The notes under the pieces: model-generated | What the model saw: only the letters and a program-made list of their open reading frames with translations | What the model was told of the DNA's origin: nothing | The model's database searches: none | Shown: in pieces, positions 29,757 through 37,467 of the stretch | Layout of the letters: the number at the start of each line of letters is the position of its first letter | How positions within the stretch are numbered: position 1 is the stretch's first letter | Program-made: the position numbers and the translations under genes | Origin: a virus | Strand: one strand, 5' to 3' | UHGV virus genome: UHGV-0220213 | DNA: 37,467 nucleotides

Positions 29757-30289
29757 CACCCTATCAGACGGCCTTTCTGCAATTACTGCCGTCAGGGCTT
29801 GCCTGGAATAAAAGCCCCGACAGCAAATTATCTGCGCTGGCGCAGGCCATCAGCGACGTGATTGCCACTGCGGCGGATGATGCGCGGCAAATGCTGCGGG
29901 AGCGTTTCCCGTCCACATCCCGCTGGTATCTGGGGGAGTGGGAATCATTTCTGGGGTTGCCGGACTGTACCAGCGAAAACGGCACCCTGTCCGAACGCCA
30001 CCGGGCTGCCGCGAATAAAATGCGTATGACCGGCAATCTGAGTCGGCGCTTTTATGAATGGCTGGCTGCGCAGTACGGTTTTACCGTCAGGCTGACGGAT
30101 TCCACAGAAGGCCAGTGGGTTACGCAGGTCAATATTTACGGTATTAAAAATTATCGCAACGCAACGGTGCTGGATAATGTTCTGACGCCGTTACGTGTTT
30201 ATGAATCGGGTGCGCTGGAATGTTTACTGGAGAAATATAAACCCGCGCATCAGATTTATAAATTTGTTTACCATGACGGAGATAACTAA
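29747..30289 (+). CDS. Baseplate/tail protein (Mu gp48-like, 180 aa)
   Basis: Size and order as Mu gp48. Confidence 0.7.
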   Translation: MAVTPYQTAFLQLLPSGLAWNKSPDSKLSALAQAISDVIATAADDARQMLRERFPSTSRWYLGEWESFLGLPDCTSENGTLSERHRAAANKMRMTGNLSRRFYEWLAAQYGFTVRLTDSTEGQWVTQVNIYGIKNYRNATVLDNVLTPLRVYESGALECLLEKYKPAHQIYKFVYHDGDN

Positions 30290-31755
30290 TGTTTTATATT
30301 GATAACGACAGCGGCGTAACCGTCATGCCGCCCGTATCCGCCCAGCGTAGTGCTATCGTTCGCTGGTTTTCAGAAGGTGACGGGAATAATGTTATCACAT
30401 GGCCCGGCATGGACTGGTTTAATATTGTGCAGGCGGAGTTATTAAACACGCTGGAAGAAGCCGGTATTCAACCGGATAAAACAAAATTAAACCAGCTTGC
30501 ACTGTCCATTAAAGCCATTATGAGCAATAACGCGCTGCTGATAAAAAATAACCTCAGCGAAATTAAAACTGCCGGGGCATCAGCACAGCGTACAGCACGT
30601 GAAAATCTGGATATCTATGATGCCAGCCTGAACAAAAAAGGACTCGTTCAGCTAACCAGTGCCACTGACAGCCCCAGTGAAACGCTGGCAGTCACCGCAA
30701 AAGCGGTGAAAATTGCGATGGATAATGCCAATGCCCGTCTGGCAAAAGACCGGAACGGAGCAGATATTCCCAATAAGCCGCTGTTTATCCAAAACCTCGG
30801 TTTACAGGAAACGGTAAATCAGGCTTCTGGCGCATTACAGAAAAACCAGAACGGCGCAGATATTCCGGGGAAAGATACCTTCACCAAAAATATTGGGGCC
30901 TGCCGCGCATATAGCGCATGGCTGAATATTGGTGGCGATAGTCAGGTCTGGACAACCGCGCAATTTATTTCGTGGCTGGAGAGTCAGGGAGCATTTAACC
31001 ATCCTTACTGGATGTGCAAAGGCTCATGGGCTTATGCAAATAATAAGGTCATTACAGATACAGGTTGCGGAAATATTTGTCTTGCAGGTGCTGTGGTGGA
31101 AGTTATTGGCACTCGCGGCGCAATGACCATACGCGTTACTACGCCGAGCACGTCCAGCGGTGGCGGAATTACTAACGCTCAATTCACTTATATTAATCAT
31201 GGTGATGCTTATGCTCCTGGCTGGCGACGAGACTACAACACGAAAAATCAACAACCTGCATTTGCTTTAGGGCAAACAGGAAGCACTGTCGGAAATGATA
31301 AAGCTGTTGGCTGGAACTGGAATAGCGGGGTCTATAACGCAAATATTAGTGGCGCATCGACATTAATCCTCCACTTCAATATGAATACGGGGAGTTGCCC
31401 TGCTGCACAGTTCCGCGTGAATTACAGAAATGGCGGTATCTTTTATCGTTCAGCGCGTGATGGTTATGGCTTTGAAGCTGACTGGTCAGAGTTTTACACC
31501 ACAACCCGCAAACCCTCTGCGGGAGATGTTGGTGCATATACGCAGGCAGAATGTAACTCAAGGTTTATTACAGGTATTCGCCTTGGCGGTCTGTCATCTG
31601 TTCAGACATGGAATGGTCCCGGCTGGTCTGACAGGTCAGGTTATGTCGTTACGGGTTCAGTTAACGGAAACCGTGATGAATTAATTGATACAACTCAGGC
31701 AAGGCCAATTCAGTATTGCATTAATGGGACTTGGTATAACGCGGGAAGTATTTAA
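30289..31755 (+). CDS. S: Tail fibre protein S: constant part Sc fused to variable part Sv inside the G segment (488 aa)
   Basis: ORF crosses the left G inverted repeat at 30785-30818, which encodes QNLGLQETVN; C-terminus resembles that of S'. Confidence 0.85.
   Translation: MFYIDNDSGVTVMPPVSAQRSAIVRWFSEGDGNNVITWPGMDWFNIVQAELLNTLEEAGIQPDKTKLNQLALSIKAIMSNNALLIKNNLSEIKTAGASAQRTARENLDIYDASLNKKGLVQLTSATDSPSETLAVTAKAVKIAMDNANARLAKDRNGADIPNKPLFIQNLGLQETVNQASGALQKNQNGADIPGKDTFTKNIGACRAYSAWLNIGGDSQVWTTAQFISWLESQGAFNHPYWMCKGSWAYANNKVITDTGCGNICLAGAVVEVIGTRGAMTIRVTTPSTSSGGGITNAQFTYINHGDAYAPGWRRDYNTKNQQPAFALGQTGSTVGNDKAVGWNWNSGVYNANISGASTLILHFNMNTGSCPAAQFRVNYRNGGIFYRSARDGYGFEADWSEFYTTTRKPSAGDVGAYTQAECNSRFITGIRLGGLSSVQTWNGPGWSDRSGYVVTGSVNGNRDELIDTTQARPIQYCINGTWYNAGSI
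30785..30818. repeat. Left 34-bp inverted repeat of the G segment (gix-type Gin crossover site)
   Basis: TTATCCAAAACCTCGGTTTACAGGAAACGGTAAA matches the reverse complement of 33704-33737 with one mismatch. Confidence 0.9.
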
Positions 31756-31757
31756 TT

Positions 31758-32291
31758 ATGATGCACTTAAAAAACATTACCGCTGGTAATCCTAAAACAG
31801 TGGAGCAGTACCAGCTAACAAAGCAATTTAACATTAAGTGGCTTTATTCAGATGATGGAAAAAACTGGTATGAGGAACAAAAGAATTTCCAGCCAGACAC
31901 TTTGAAAATGGTCTATGACCATAACGGCGTTATTATTTGTATTGAAAAGGATGTTTCAGCAATTAATCCGGAAGGCGCAAGCGTCGTTGAATTACCTGAT
32001 ATTACAGCAAATCGCCGGGCTGATATTTCGGGGAAATGGTTGTTCAAAGATGGCGTAGTGATAAAGCGAACTTATACCGAGGAAGAGCAGAGGCAACAAG
32101 CGGAAAATGAAAAGCAAAGCCTGTTGCAACTTGTCAGGGATAAAACCCAGCTATGGGACTCACAGCTACGGCTGGGCATCATTTCCGACGAGAATAAACA
32201 AAAATTAACCGAGTGGATGCTCTATGCGCAGAAAGTCGAATCTACAGACACCTCCAGCCTGCCAGTAACGTTTCCCGAACAACCAGAATGA
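31758..32291 (+). CDS. U: Tail fibre assembly chaperone U (177 aa)
   Basis: Paralogous to the minus-strand U' (shared N-terminal LKNI..GNPKT..EQYQLTK). Confidence 0.85.
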   Translation: MMHLKNITAGNPKTVEQYQLTKQFNIKWLYSDDGKNWYEEQKNFQPDTLKMVYDHNGVIICIEKDVSAINPEGASVVELPDITANRRADISGKWLFKDGVVIKRTYTEEEQRQQAENEKQSLLQLVRDKTQLWDSQLRLGIISDENKQKLTEWMLYAQKVESTDTSSLPVTFPEQPE

Positions 32292-32319
32292 GAGAAGGCC
32301 CGATATTGGGCCTTAATTT

Positions 32320-32847
32320 TTACTCAGGCTTTTGTGGCCATTCGGGATTTGCTGTATCCACACGGCTGACCAGAACGCTGTAGCGTTCCCATGACTCCAG
32401 TCGTGTGCGTTCCTCATCCGTCGCCATATTCAGCCTGACAGCGCGTTCCAGTGGCTGAATAACGCTTTCAGCTTCAGAAAGCAACGCGACCTTTTGTGAT
32501 TCGGCCTGTTGTTGCTGTTCGTCTGCTGTATAAATCCGCTTAACCACAGTTCCGTCCTTAAACATCCACTTCCCTGAATCATCGGCACGACGATTGGCTG
32601 TTATATCTGGAATCTCAACGACACTAAAGCCTTCGGGATTAAGCGTTGAGGCATCTTTGGTGATGGCAACAATAATATTATTTTCGTCGTATACAATCTT
32701 TATGGTGTCGTCCTGAAAGTTATTTACTTCCTCATACCAGTTTTTACCGTCTTCGGACCATAACCAGATAACATCAAAATTCTTTGTTAGCTGATATTGT
32801 TCTTTTGTTTTTGGATTTCCGGACTTAATATTTTTTAAATGCTGCAT
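32320..32847 (-). CDS. Alternative tail fibre assembly chaperone U' (175 aa)
   Basis: Minus-strand paralogue of U inside the G segment. Confidence 0.85.
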   Translation of the reverse strand: MQHLKNIKSGNPKTKEQYQLTKNFDVIWLWSEDGKNWYEEVNNFQDDTIKIVYDENNIIVAITKDASTLNPEGFSVVEIPDITANRRADDSGKWMFKDGTVVKRIYTADEQQQQAESQKVALLSEAESVIQPLERAVRLNMATDEERTRLESWERYSVLVSRVDTANPEWPQKPE

Positions 32848-32850
32848 AAT

Positions 32851-33703
32851 TTACACCTGTGCGACGTTATACCATGTGCCATTGATGTATTTTTGTATTG
32901 GTCTGAAGATGGCTTCATCATCGCCATCTACTTCACCAATGATTCTTAATCCGGTAATTGCGTGTCCGGCTTTTTCATAACGACCACCACGCGCCATCAA
33001 TTGAACAACACGCGTACCCAGGCGAACATCTTTTACATAGCGTGAATCAAAATTCCCCCAGTTGCTGGGCTGCATCTGACCGTTAACAGAAAATATTACC
33101 GAGTTATCTGTATTTCGCTGGCTATAGAAATGCCATCCTGCCTCATCGCCTAACTCTGCAACTACTGGACGGGTTGAAGCACCCCATAAATTAAACGTTG
33201 CATTCTTTGTGGAGTTGTTGGAGCTGGATAGCGTGAATTTTTTACCATCCCCGGCCTGAATATTTTTAAAAGCAATAGCCACTCCATTCTGAAAGCGGAA
33301 TACACGCTGACTATTAGCATAAACATCCAGAATACCGTCTCCATTCTGTTTAAATCCGGTGTCATTATCACCAAGAACAATAGAGCTACCACCTAACGCA
33401 TTCGTCGAACCAACTCCAAGACTGCCATTAATGACAGCATTAACAAGAATATTTAGTGCATCCCATTTCAGCGTCATCAGGTCTTTTGTTGTGGTGCTCT
33501 GGCGGCTTCTCCATTTGAAATATTCATTGCCGTTGTCGCCTGTTTCAAACCACATGTATGAATCAGTGTCACCATCGGCATCATTTTTAAATCCAATCTT
33601 CGCCCAGTCAGTATTTCGAATCCAGGCAAGGATTGAGTCATTTTCAAAAGTAAGCCCACCGGACAAGGTATCGCCATTTTTTTGCACGGCGTTACCAGCC
33701 CTG
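32851..33703 (-). CDS. Sv', alternative variable part of the tail fibre (no own promoter; fuses to Sc after inversion)
   Basis: Minus-strand frame stays open from 32851 through the right inverted repeat, where it also encodes NLGLQETVN; C-terminus homologous to S. Confidence 0.8.
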
Positions 33704-33737
33704 TTTACCGTTTCCTGTAAACCGAGGTTTTAGATAA
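33704..33737. repeat. Right 34-bp inverted repeat of the G segment (gix-type site)
   Basis: TTTACCGTTTCCTGTAAACCGAGGTTTTAGATAA, reverse complement of the left repeat with one mismatch. Confidence 0.9.
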
Positions 33738-33791
33738 TGGTTGTTTCCGGCCTGCATGGCATGATTTGCGCTTTTAAACGGGAGATCCAGA

Positions 33792-34409
33792 GTGCTGATT
33801 GGCTATGTAAGGGTATCAACAAATGACCAGAATACAGACCTGCAACGAAACGCTCTTGTTTGTGCAGGATGTGAACAAATATTTGAAGATAAATTAAGCG
33901 GAACAAGGACAGACAGACCTGGATTAAAACGCGCGTTAAAGCGCCTTCAAAAAGGTGACACACTGGTTGTCTGGAAACTGGATCGCCTCGGGCGAAGCAT
34001 GAAACATCTGATTTCCCTCGTCGGGGAACTACGGGAGCGAGGGATTAATTTTCGCAGTCTTACCGACAGCATAGACACATCTTCTCCAATGGGGCGTTTT
34101 TTCTTCCACGTTATGGGTGCCCTGGCTGAAATGGAACGAGAACTAATCATCGAGCGAACGATGGCTGGACTTGCTGCCGCCAGAAATAAAGGCCGTATTG
34201 GTGGGCGACCACCTAAACTAACCAAAGCGGAATGGGAGCAGGCCGGGCGTTTATTAGCACAAGGAATCCCCCGCAAGCAGGTTGCATTGATCTATGATGT
34301 GGCTCTGTCAACTCTGTATAAAAAACACCCCGCGAAACGAACGCATATAGAAAACGACGATCGAATCAATCAAATCGATCGGCAATACAGATCGATTATG
34401 CCCCAATAA
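33792..34409 (+). CDS. gin: Gin, serine-recombinase DNA invertase (205 aa, GTG start)
   Basis: N-terminus MLIGYVRVSTNDQ with the catalytic serine motif; Hin/Gin/Cin family; adjacent to the right repeat. Confidence 0.9.
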   Translation: MLIGYVRVSTNDQNTDLQRNALVCAGCEQIFEDKLSGTRTDRPGLKRALKRLQKGDTLVVWKLDRLGRSMKHLISLVGELRERGINFRSLTDSIDTSSPMGRFFFHVMGALAEMERELIIERTMAGLAAARNKGRIGGRPPKLTKAEWEQAGRLLAQGIPRKQVALIYDVALSTLYKKHPAKRTHIENDDRINQIDRQYRSIMPQ

Positions 34410-34467
34410 CCACACTCAACCCACGATGTTTTTTAAGATAGTGGCGAATTGATGCAAAGGAGGTGAG
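34359..34467 (+). promoter_or_regulatory. mom operon control region: three clustered GATC (Dam) sites and the Pmom region
   Basis: GATC at 34359-34362, 34377-34380 and 34390-34393, 75-110 bp upstream of com; strong SD AAAGGAGGTGAG before com. Confidence 0.6.
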
Positions 34468-34656
34468 ATGAAATCAATTCGCTGTAAAAACTGCAACAAA
34501 CTGTTATTTAAGGCGGATTCCTTTGATCACATTGAAATCAGGTGTCCGCGTTGCAAACGTCACATCATAATGCTGAATGCCTGCGAGCATCCCACGGAGA
34601 AACATTGTGGGAAAAGAGAAAAAATCACGCATTCTGACGAAACCGTGCGTTATTGA
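34468..34656 (+). CDS. com: Com, zinc-finger translational activator of mom (62 aa)
   Basis: 62 aa with CxxC...CxxC (CKNC...CPRC); overlaps the 5' end of mom. Confidence 0.9.
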   Translation: MKSIRCKNCNKLLFKADSFDHIEIRCPRCKRHIIMLNACEHPTEKHCGKREKITHSDETVRY

Positions 34657-35320
34657 GTATGAAGGCCAGATTGTTGGCTATGGTTCAAAGGAACTGCGCG
34701 TTGAAACCATATCCTGTTGGCTGGCCCGCACAATTATTCAGACAAAGCACTATTCCCGCCGTTTTGTGAATAACTCTTACCTTCATCTGGGGGTATTCAG
34801 CGGACGCGATCTGGTTGGCGTTCTCCAGTGGGGATATGCCCTTAACCCCAACTCAGGTCGTCGTGTCGTGCTTGAAACGGATAACCGGGGCTATATGGAG
34901 TTGAACCGCATGTGGCTACACGACGACATGCCCCGCAACTCTGAATCACGGGCCATCAGCTACGCGCTGAAAGTTATCAGATTACTGTATCCGTCAGTGG
35001 AGTGGGTTCAGTCCTTTGCTGACGAACGCTGCGGACGCGCAGGCGTTGTGTATCAGGCGTCGAATTTTGATTTTATTGGCAGCCATGAAAGCACGTTCTA
35101 CGAGCTGGATGGTGAGTGGTATCACGAGATAACGATGAACGCGATTAAGCGAGGTGGACAACGAGGCGTGTATTTACGGGCTAATAAAGAGCGTGCCGTG
35201 GTGCACAAATTTAATCAGTATCGCTACATCAGATTCCTGAACAAGCGAGCAAGGAAGCGGCTAAATACCAAGCTATTCAGGGTTCAGCCATACCCTAAGA
35301 GATCCCCATGGAATGAATAA
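34577..35320 (+). CDS. mom: Mom DNA-modification (anti-restriction) enzyme; exact start uncertain
   Basis: Last phage gene, reading frame overlaps the 3' end of com; in-frame candidate starts ATG 34577 and GTG 34607. Confidence 0.8.
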   Translation: MPASIPRRNIVGKEKKSRILTKPCVIEYEGQIVGYGSKELRVETISCWLARTIIQTKHYSRRFVNNSYLHLGVFSGRDLVGVLQWGYALNPNSGRRVVLETDNRGYMELNRMWLHDDMPRNSESRAISYALKVIRLLYPSVEWVQSFADERCGRAGVVYQASNFDFIGSHESTFYELDGEWYHEITMNAIKRGGQRGVYLRANKERAVVHKFNQYRYIRFLNKRARKRLNTKLFRVQPYPKRSPWNE

Positions 35321-35322
35321 AA

Positions 35323-35349
35323 AGCAGTAATTAATACTGCTGTTTCATT
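35323..35349 (+). terminator. Terminator-like hairpin after mom
   Basis: Stem AGCAGTA / TACTGCT with loop ATTAA, followed by GTTTCATTT. Confidence 0.5.
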
Positions 35350-35417
35350 TGAAGCGCGAAAGCTAAAGTTTTCGCATTTATCGTGAAACGCTTTCGCGTT
35401 TTTCGTGCGCCGCTTCA
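35341..35417. repeat. Mu right end (attR) with three transposase-binding repeats (R3, R2, R1)
   Basis: TGTTTCATTTGAAGCGCGAAAG (35341-35362), then two opposite-orientation copies ending ...CGTGCGCCGCTTCA at 35417. Confidence 0.85.
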
Positions 35418-35740
35418 GCGAACACAATACACAATGCAGAAACCAGTAGCGTATTGAGCAGGCCGACAATAAAAACGCGTCCGTAAGTGTCGCCTTGCTG
35501 ATAATCAATCAAATGCTGAACGATGCCAAAACCGGCCCCGCGGTCAAGAAAAGCAAATCCTGATGTTATGCCGCGATTACTGAGATTCGTTACAGTGTTG
35601 TGAAATAACCAACCAATAATGCCGACAACAGCAACAACGGCAAGGATCTGGAATAACCAGGCGCGAACCGTAGGGTTGGCAAAAGAGAGTGAGCCTTTAA
35701 CGGTTGAGCGGCGATGAGACATAGAAACCTCGGAAAGCAT
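35418..35740 (-). pseudogene. yhdX: 5' fragment of an amino-acid ABC transporter permease gene (yhdX-like) interrupted by the prophage
   Basis: Minus-strand ORF starts at 35740 with TM-rich permease N-terminus and runs into the phage end, terminating in phage DNA at 35378; only about 107 codons are host-encoded. Confidence 0.7.
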
Positions 35741-35789
35741 AACGCTGAAGAGAGCGCCGCCGTAGCGACGCTCGTTACCTCACACCGAC

Positions 35790-36815
35790 TTAACGCACGG
35801 GCGGCGCGTACTGAATACCGCCGTTATTCCAGAGATTATTTTGCCCACGTTTAATTTTCAGCGGGCTTTCTGAACCTACGTTACGCTCGAAAATTTCCGA
35901 GTAGTTACCCACCTGTTTGATGATGTTAAAGGCCCATTTATTATCCAGCTTCAGATCCTTGCCGTAATCGCCTTCTTTACCCAGCAGATGTGCCATATCA
36001 GGCGTTGCTGGATTAGCCGCTTTTTCATCGACGTTCTGGGAATTGATGCCCATCTCTTCAGCATTCAGCATGGCGAAAAGCGTCCAGCGTACAATCGAGA
36101 ACCATTCATCATCGCCACGACGAACTACCGGCCCAAGCGGTTCTTTAGAGATAACTTCCGGTAAGACAATCCATTCAGCTGGGTTGCTTAATTTGATGCG
36201 CAGGGCATACAGTTGTGATTGATCCGAGGCTAGCGTATCGCAGCGACCAGATTCCAGTGCCTTCGCTGATTCGTCAGAGCGATCGAAAGTCACTGGTGTG
36301 TACTTCATATTGTTTGCCTTGAAGTAATCGGCAACATTGAGTTCAGTATCAGTACCCGCCTGAATACAGACGGTAGCGCCATCCAGTTCTTTCGCGCTTT
36401 TTAGCCCCGCTTTATCGTGCGTCAGGAAGCCAATGCCGTCGTAATAAGTGACGCCAGTAAATGCCATTCCCATCCCGGCATCGCGAGATGAAGTCCAGGT
36501 CGTATTACGGGAGAGCAAATCCACCTCCCCTGACTGTAAAGCGGTGAAGCGTTCTTTTGCAGTGAGCGGGGTATATTTCACTTTCGTATCGTCACCGAAT
36601 ACAGCAGCGGCAACGCCACGACAAACATCTACATCAATACCTGAAAACTTACCGTCAGCATCGGCATAAGAGAACCCAGGTAATCCATCACTGATCCCGC
36701 ATTGCACAAAACCTTTTTTCTGAACGGCATCAAGCGTCGCGCCAGCATGCGCCTGATTTGCAACGGCAAGCAGCACGCTGGCGGCAGCCAGTGTGGCTAT
36801 CATCATCTTTTTCAT
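35790..36815 (-). CDS. yhdW: Periplasmic amino-acid-binding protein of an ABC transporter (341 aa)
   Basis: Signal peptide MKKMMIATLAAASVLLAVANQAHA; solute-binding protein features; upstream of the permease gene. Confidence 0.75.
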   Translation of the reverse strand: MKKMMIATLAAASVLLAVANQAHAGATLDAVQKKGFVQCGISDGLPGFSYADADGKFSGIDVDVCRGVAAAVFGDDTKVKYTPLTAKERFTALQSGEVDLLSRNTTWTSSRDAGMGMAFTGVTYYDGIGFLTHDKAGLKSAKELDGATVCIQAGTDTELNVADYFKANNMKYTPVTFDRSDESAKALESGRCDTLASDQSQLYALRIKLSNPAEWIVLPEVISKEPLGPVVRRGDDEWFSIVRWTLFAMLNAEEMGINSQNVDEKAANPATPDMAHLLGKEGDYGKDLKLDNKWAFNIIKQVGNYSEIFERNVGSESPLKIKRGQNNLWNNGGIQYAPPVR

Positions 36816-37212
36816 AATGCTTCCTGTGAGGCGAAAATTATCGTTATAGGACGTTTGGGAAACGTCTTTTACCTGTCTGTGGCCATCCTCTTATAAGCAA
36901 AAGTAGTGCCAGCTTTTGCGCACGATTTCGCGTCGCAATAAGCTGAGTGTAGACAGGAAATAATAAAAACAGCGCCCCGCAATGGTGCGAAAATGAAACA
37001 TGCGCCACATTTTGGCGCAAAATATTTACGCGTTTTTTACTAAGCAGAATAATGATTGTTAGCGTGAGTATATTTCTGGTGGGATGTGTGAAAGTTAAAT
37101 TGATGCGTTATTTCGAAAGCAGCGAAATAACGTGATATAACATGCTAAATCAGCAGGGAATTACCCAGCAGAATATAGCAATATTTTATCTTATGGAAAG
37201 ATACTGTATCGT

Positions 37213-37240
37213 TAAAAAGAGCGCGGAGCTCCGCGCCCTG
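37213..37240 (-). terminator. Rho-independent terminator of yhdV
   Basis: Perfect palindrome GCGCGGAGCTCCGCGC followed by TTTTT on the minus strand, immediately after the yhdV stop. Confidence 0.7.
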
Positions 37241-37245
37241 TTTAG

Positions 37246-37467
37246 TTATTTCGACAGAGCGATGATCCCCATCGTCAGGCCAGCAACAGCTGCTGCCCCG
37301 CCGGCAATAGCCCCAGCCGTTTCCCAGTTATCCTGAGTCGTGCCTTTCATACAGGTATTGGTGTGAACCAGACGACCCTGGTCGTCATAAACCGGAACGC
37401 AGGGCGAATCGTGAGCACAGCCCGCCAGCAATGCGGTGAGCAATGTCACAGGAATTAATCTTTTCAT
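37246..37467 (-). CDS. yhdV: Small lipoprotein (73 aa)
   Basis: Lipobox LLAGC after a signal peptide; Gly/Ala-rich C-terminal TM segment; start codon is the last triplet of the window. Confidence 0.7.
   Translation of the reverse strand: MKRLIPVTLLTALLAGCAHDSPCVPVYDDQGRLVHTNTCMKGTTQDNWETAGAIAGGAAAVAGLTMGIIALSK

Larger units (their letters stand above)
30785..33737. other. Invertible G segment (~2.95 kb) carrying Sv-U (+) and Sv'-U' (-) host-range cassettes
   Basis: Bounded by 34-bp inverted repeats; two convergent tail-fibre/chaperone pairs; the gin invertase gene is adjacent. Confidence 0.9.
1..35417 (+). mobile_element. Mu/D108-family transposable prophage, partial in window (A gene through right end; left end not in window)
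   Basis: Collinear Mu gene order and protein sizes from A to mom; Mu right-end sequence ...CGTGCGCCGCTTCA ends at 35417, host DNA follows. Confidence 0.9.

Noticed and set aside
35418-35422. Site-specific integration into a tRNA or att core at the phage-host junction
   Set aside because: No tRNA-like sequence or integrase is present; the end carries transposase-binding repeats, so integration is by transposition. The 5-bp duplication remains unverified because the left junction is absent.
37142-37336. 64-aa + strand ORF in host DNA overlapping yhdV
   Set aside because: It overlaps the yhdV terminator and coding region on the opposite strand and has no RBS; most likely spurious.

Overview
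Almost the whole window (1-35417) is an apparently intact Mu/D108-family transposable prophage, read from the start of transposase gene A to the phage right end. The left end (attL, repressor, ner, operators) lies upstream of the window. Gene order and protein lengths follow the canonical Mu map: A, B, a semi-essential early region with kil and gam, gemA, mor, C, a lysis cassette, head genes, tail and baseplate genes, the invertible G segment with S/U and S'/U' tail-fibre cassettes, gin, com and mom. The right end at 35417 carries recognisable transposase-binding repeats and sits inside an E. coli-type ABC-transporter permease gene (yhdX-like), followed by host yhdW and yhdV on the minus strand. 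The one element I cannot place on the canonical Mu map is a 138-aa opposite-strand ORF (6617-7033) filling the only + strand coding gap of the early operon; it is my best candidate for an undescribed function. All identifications rest on reading the six-frame translations against recalled Mu proteins and sequence motifs; no database search was run, and gene starts are +/- a few codons.
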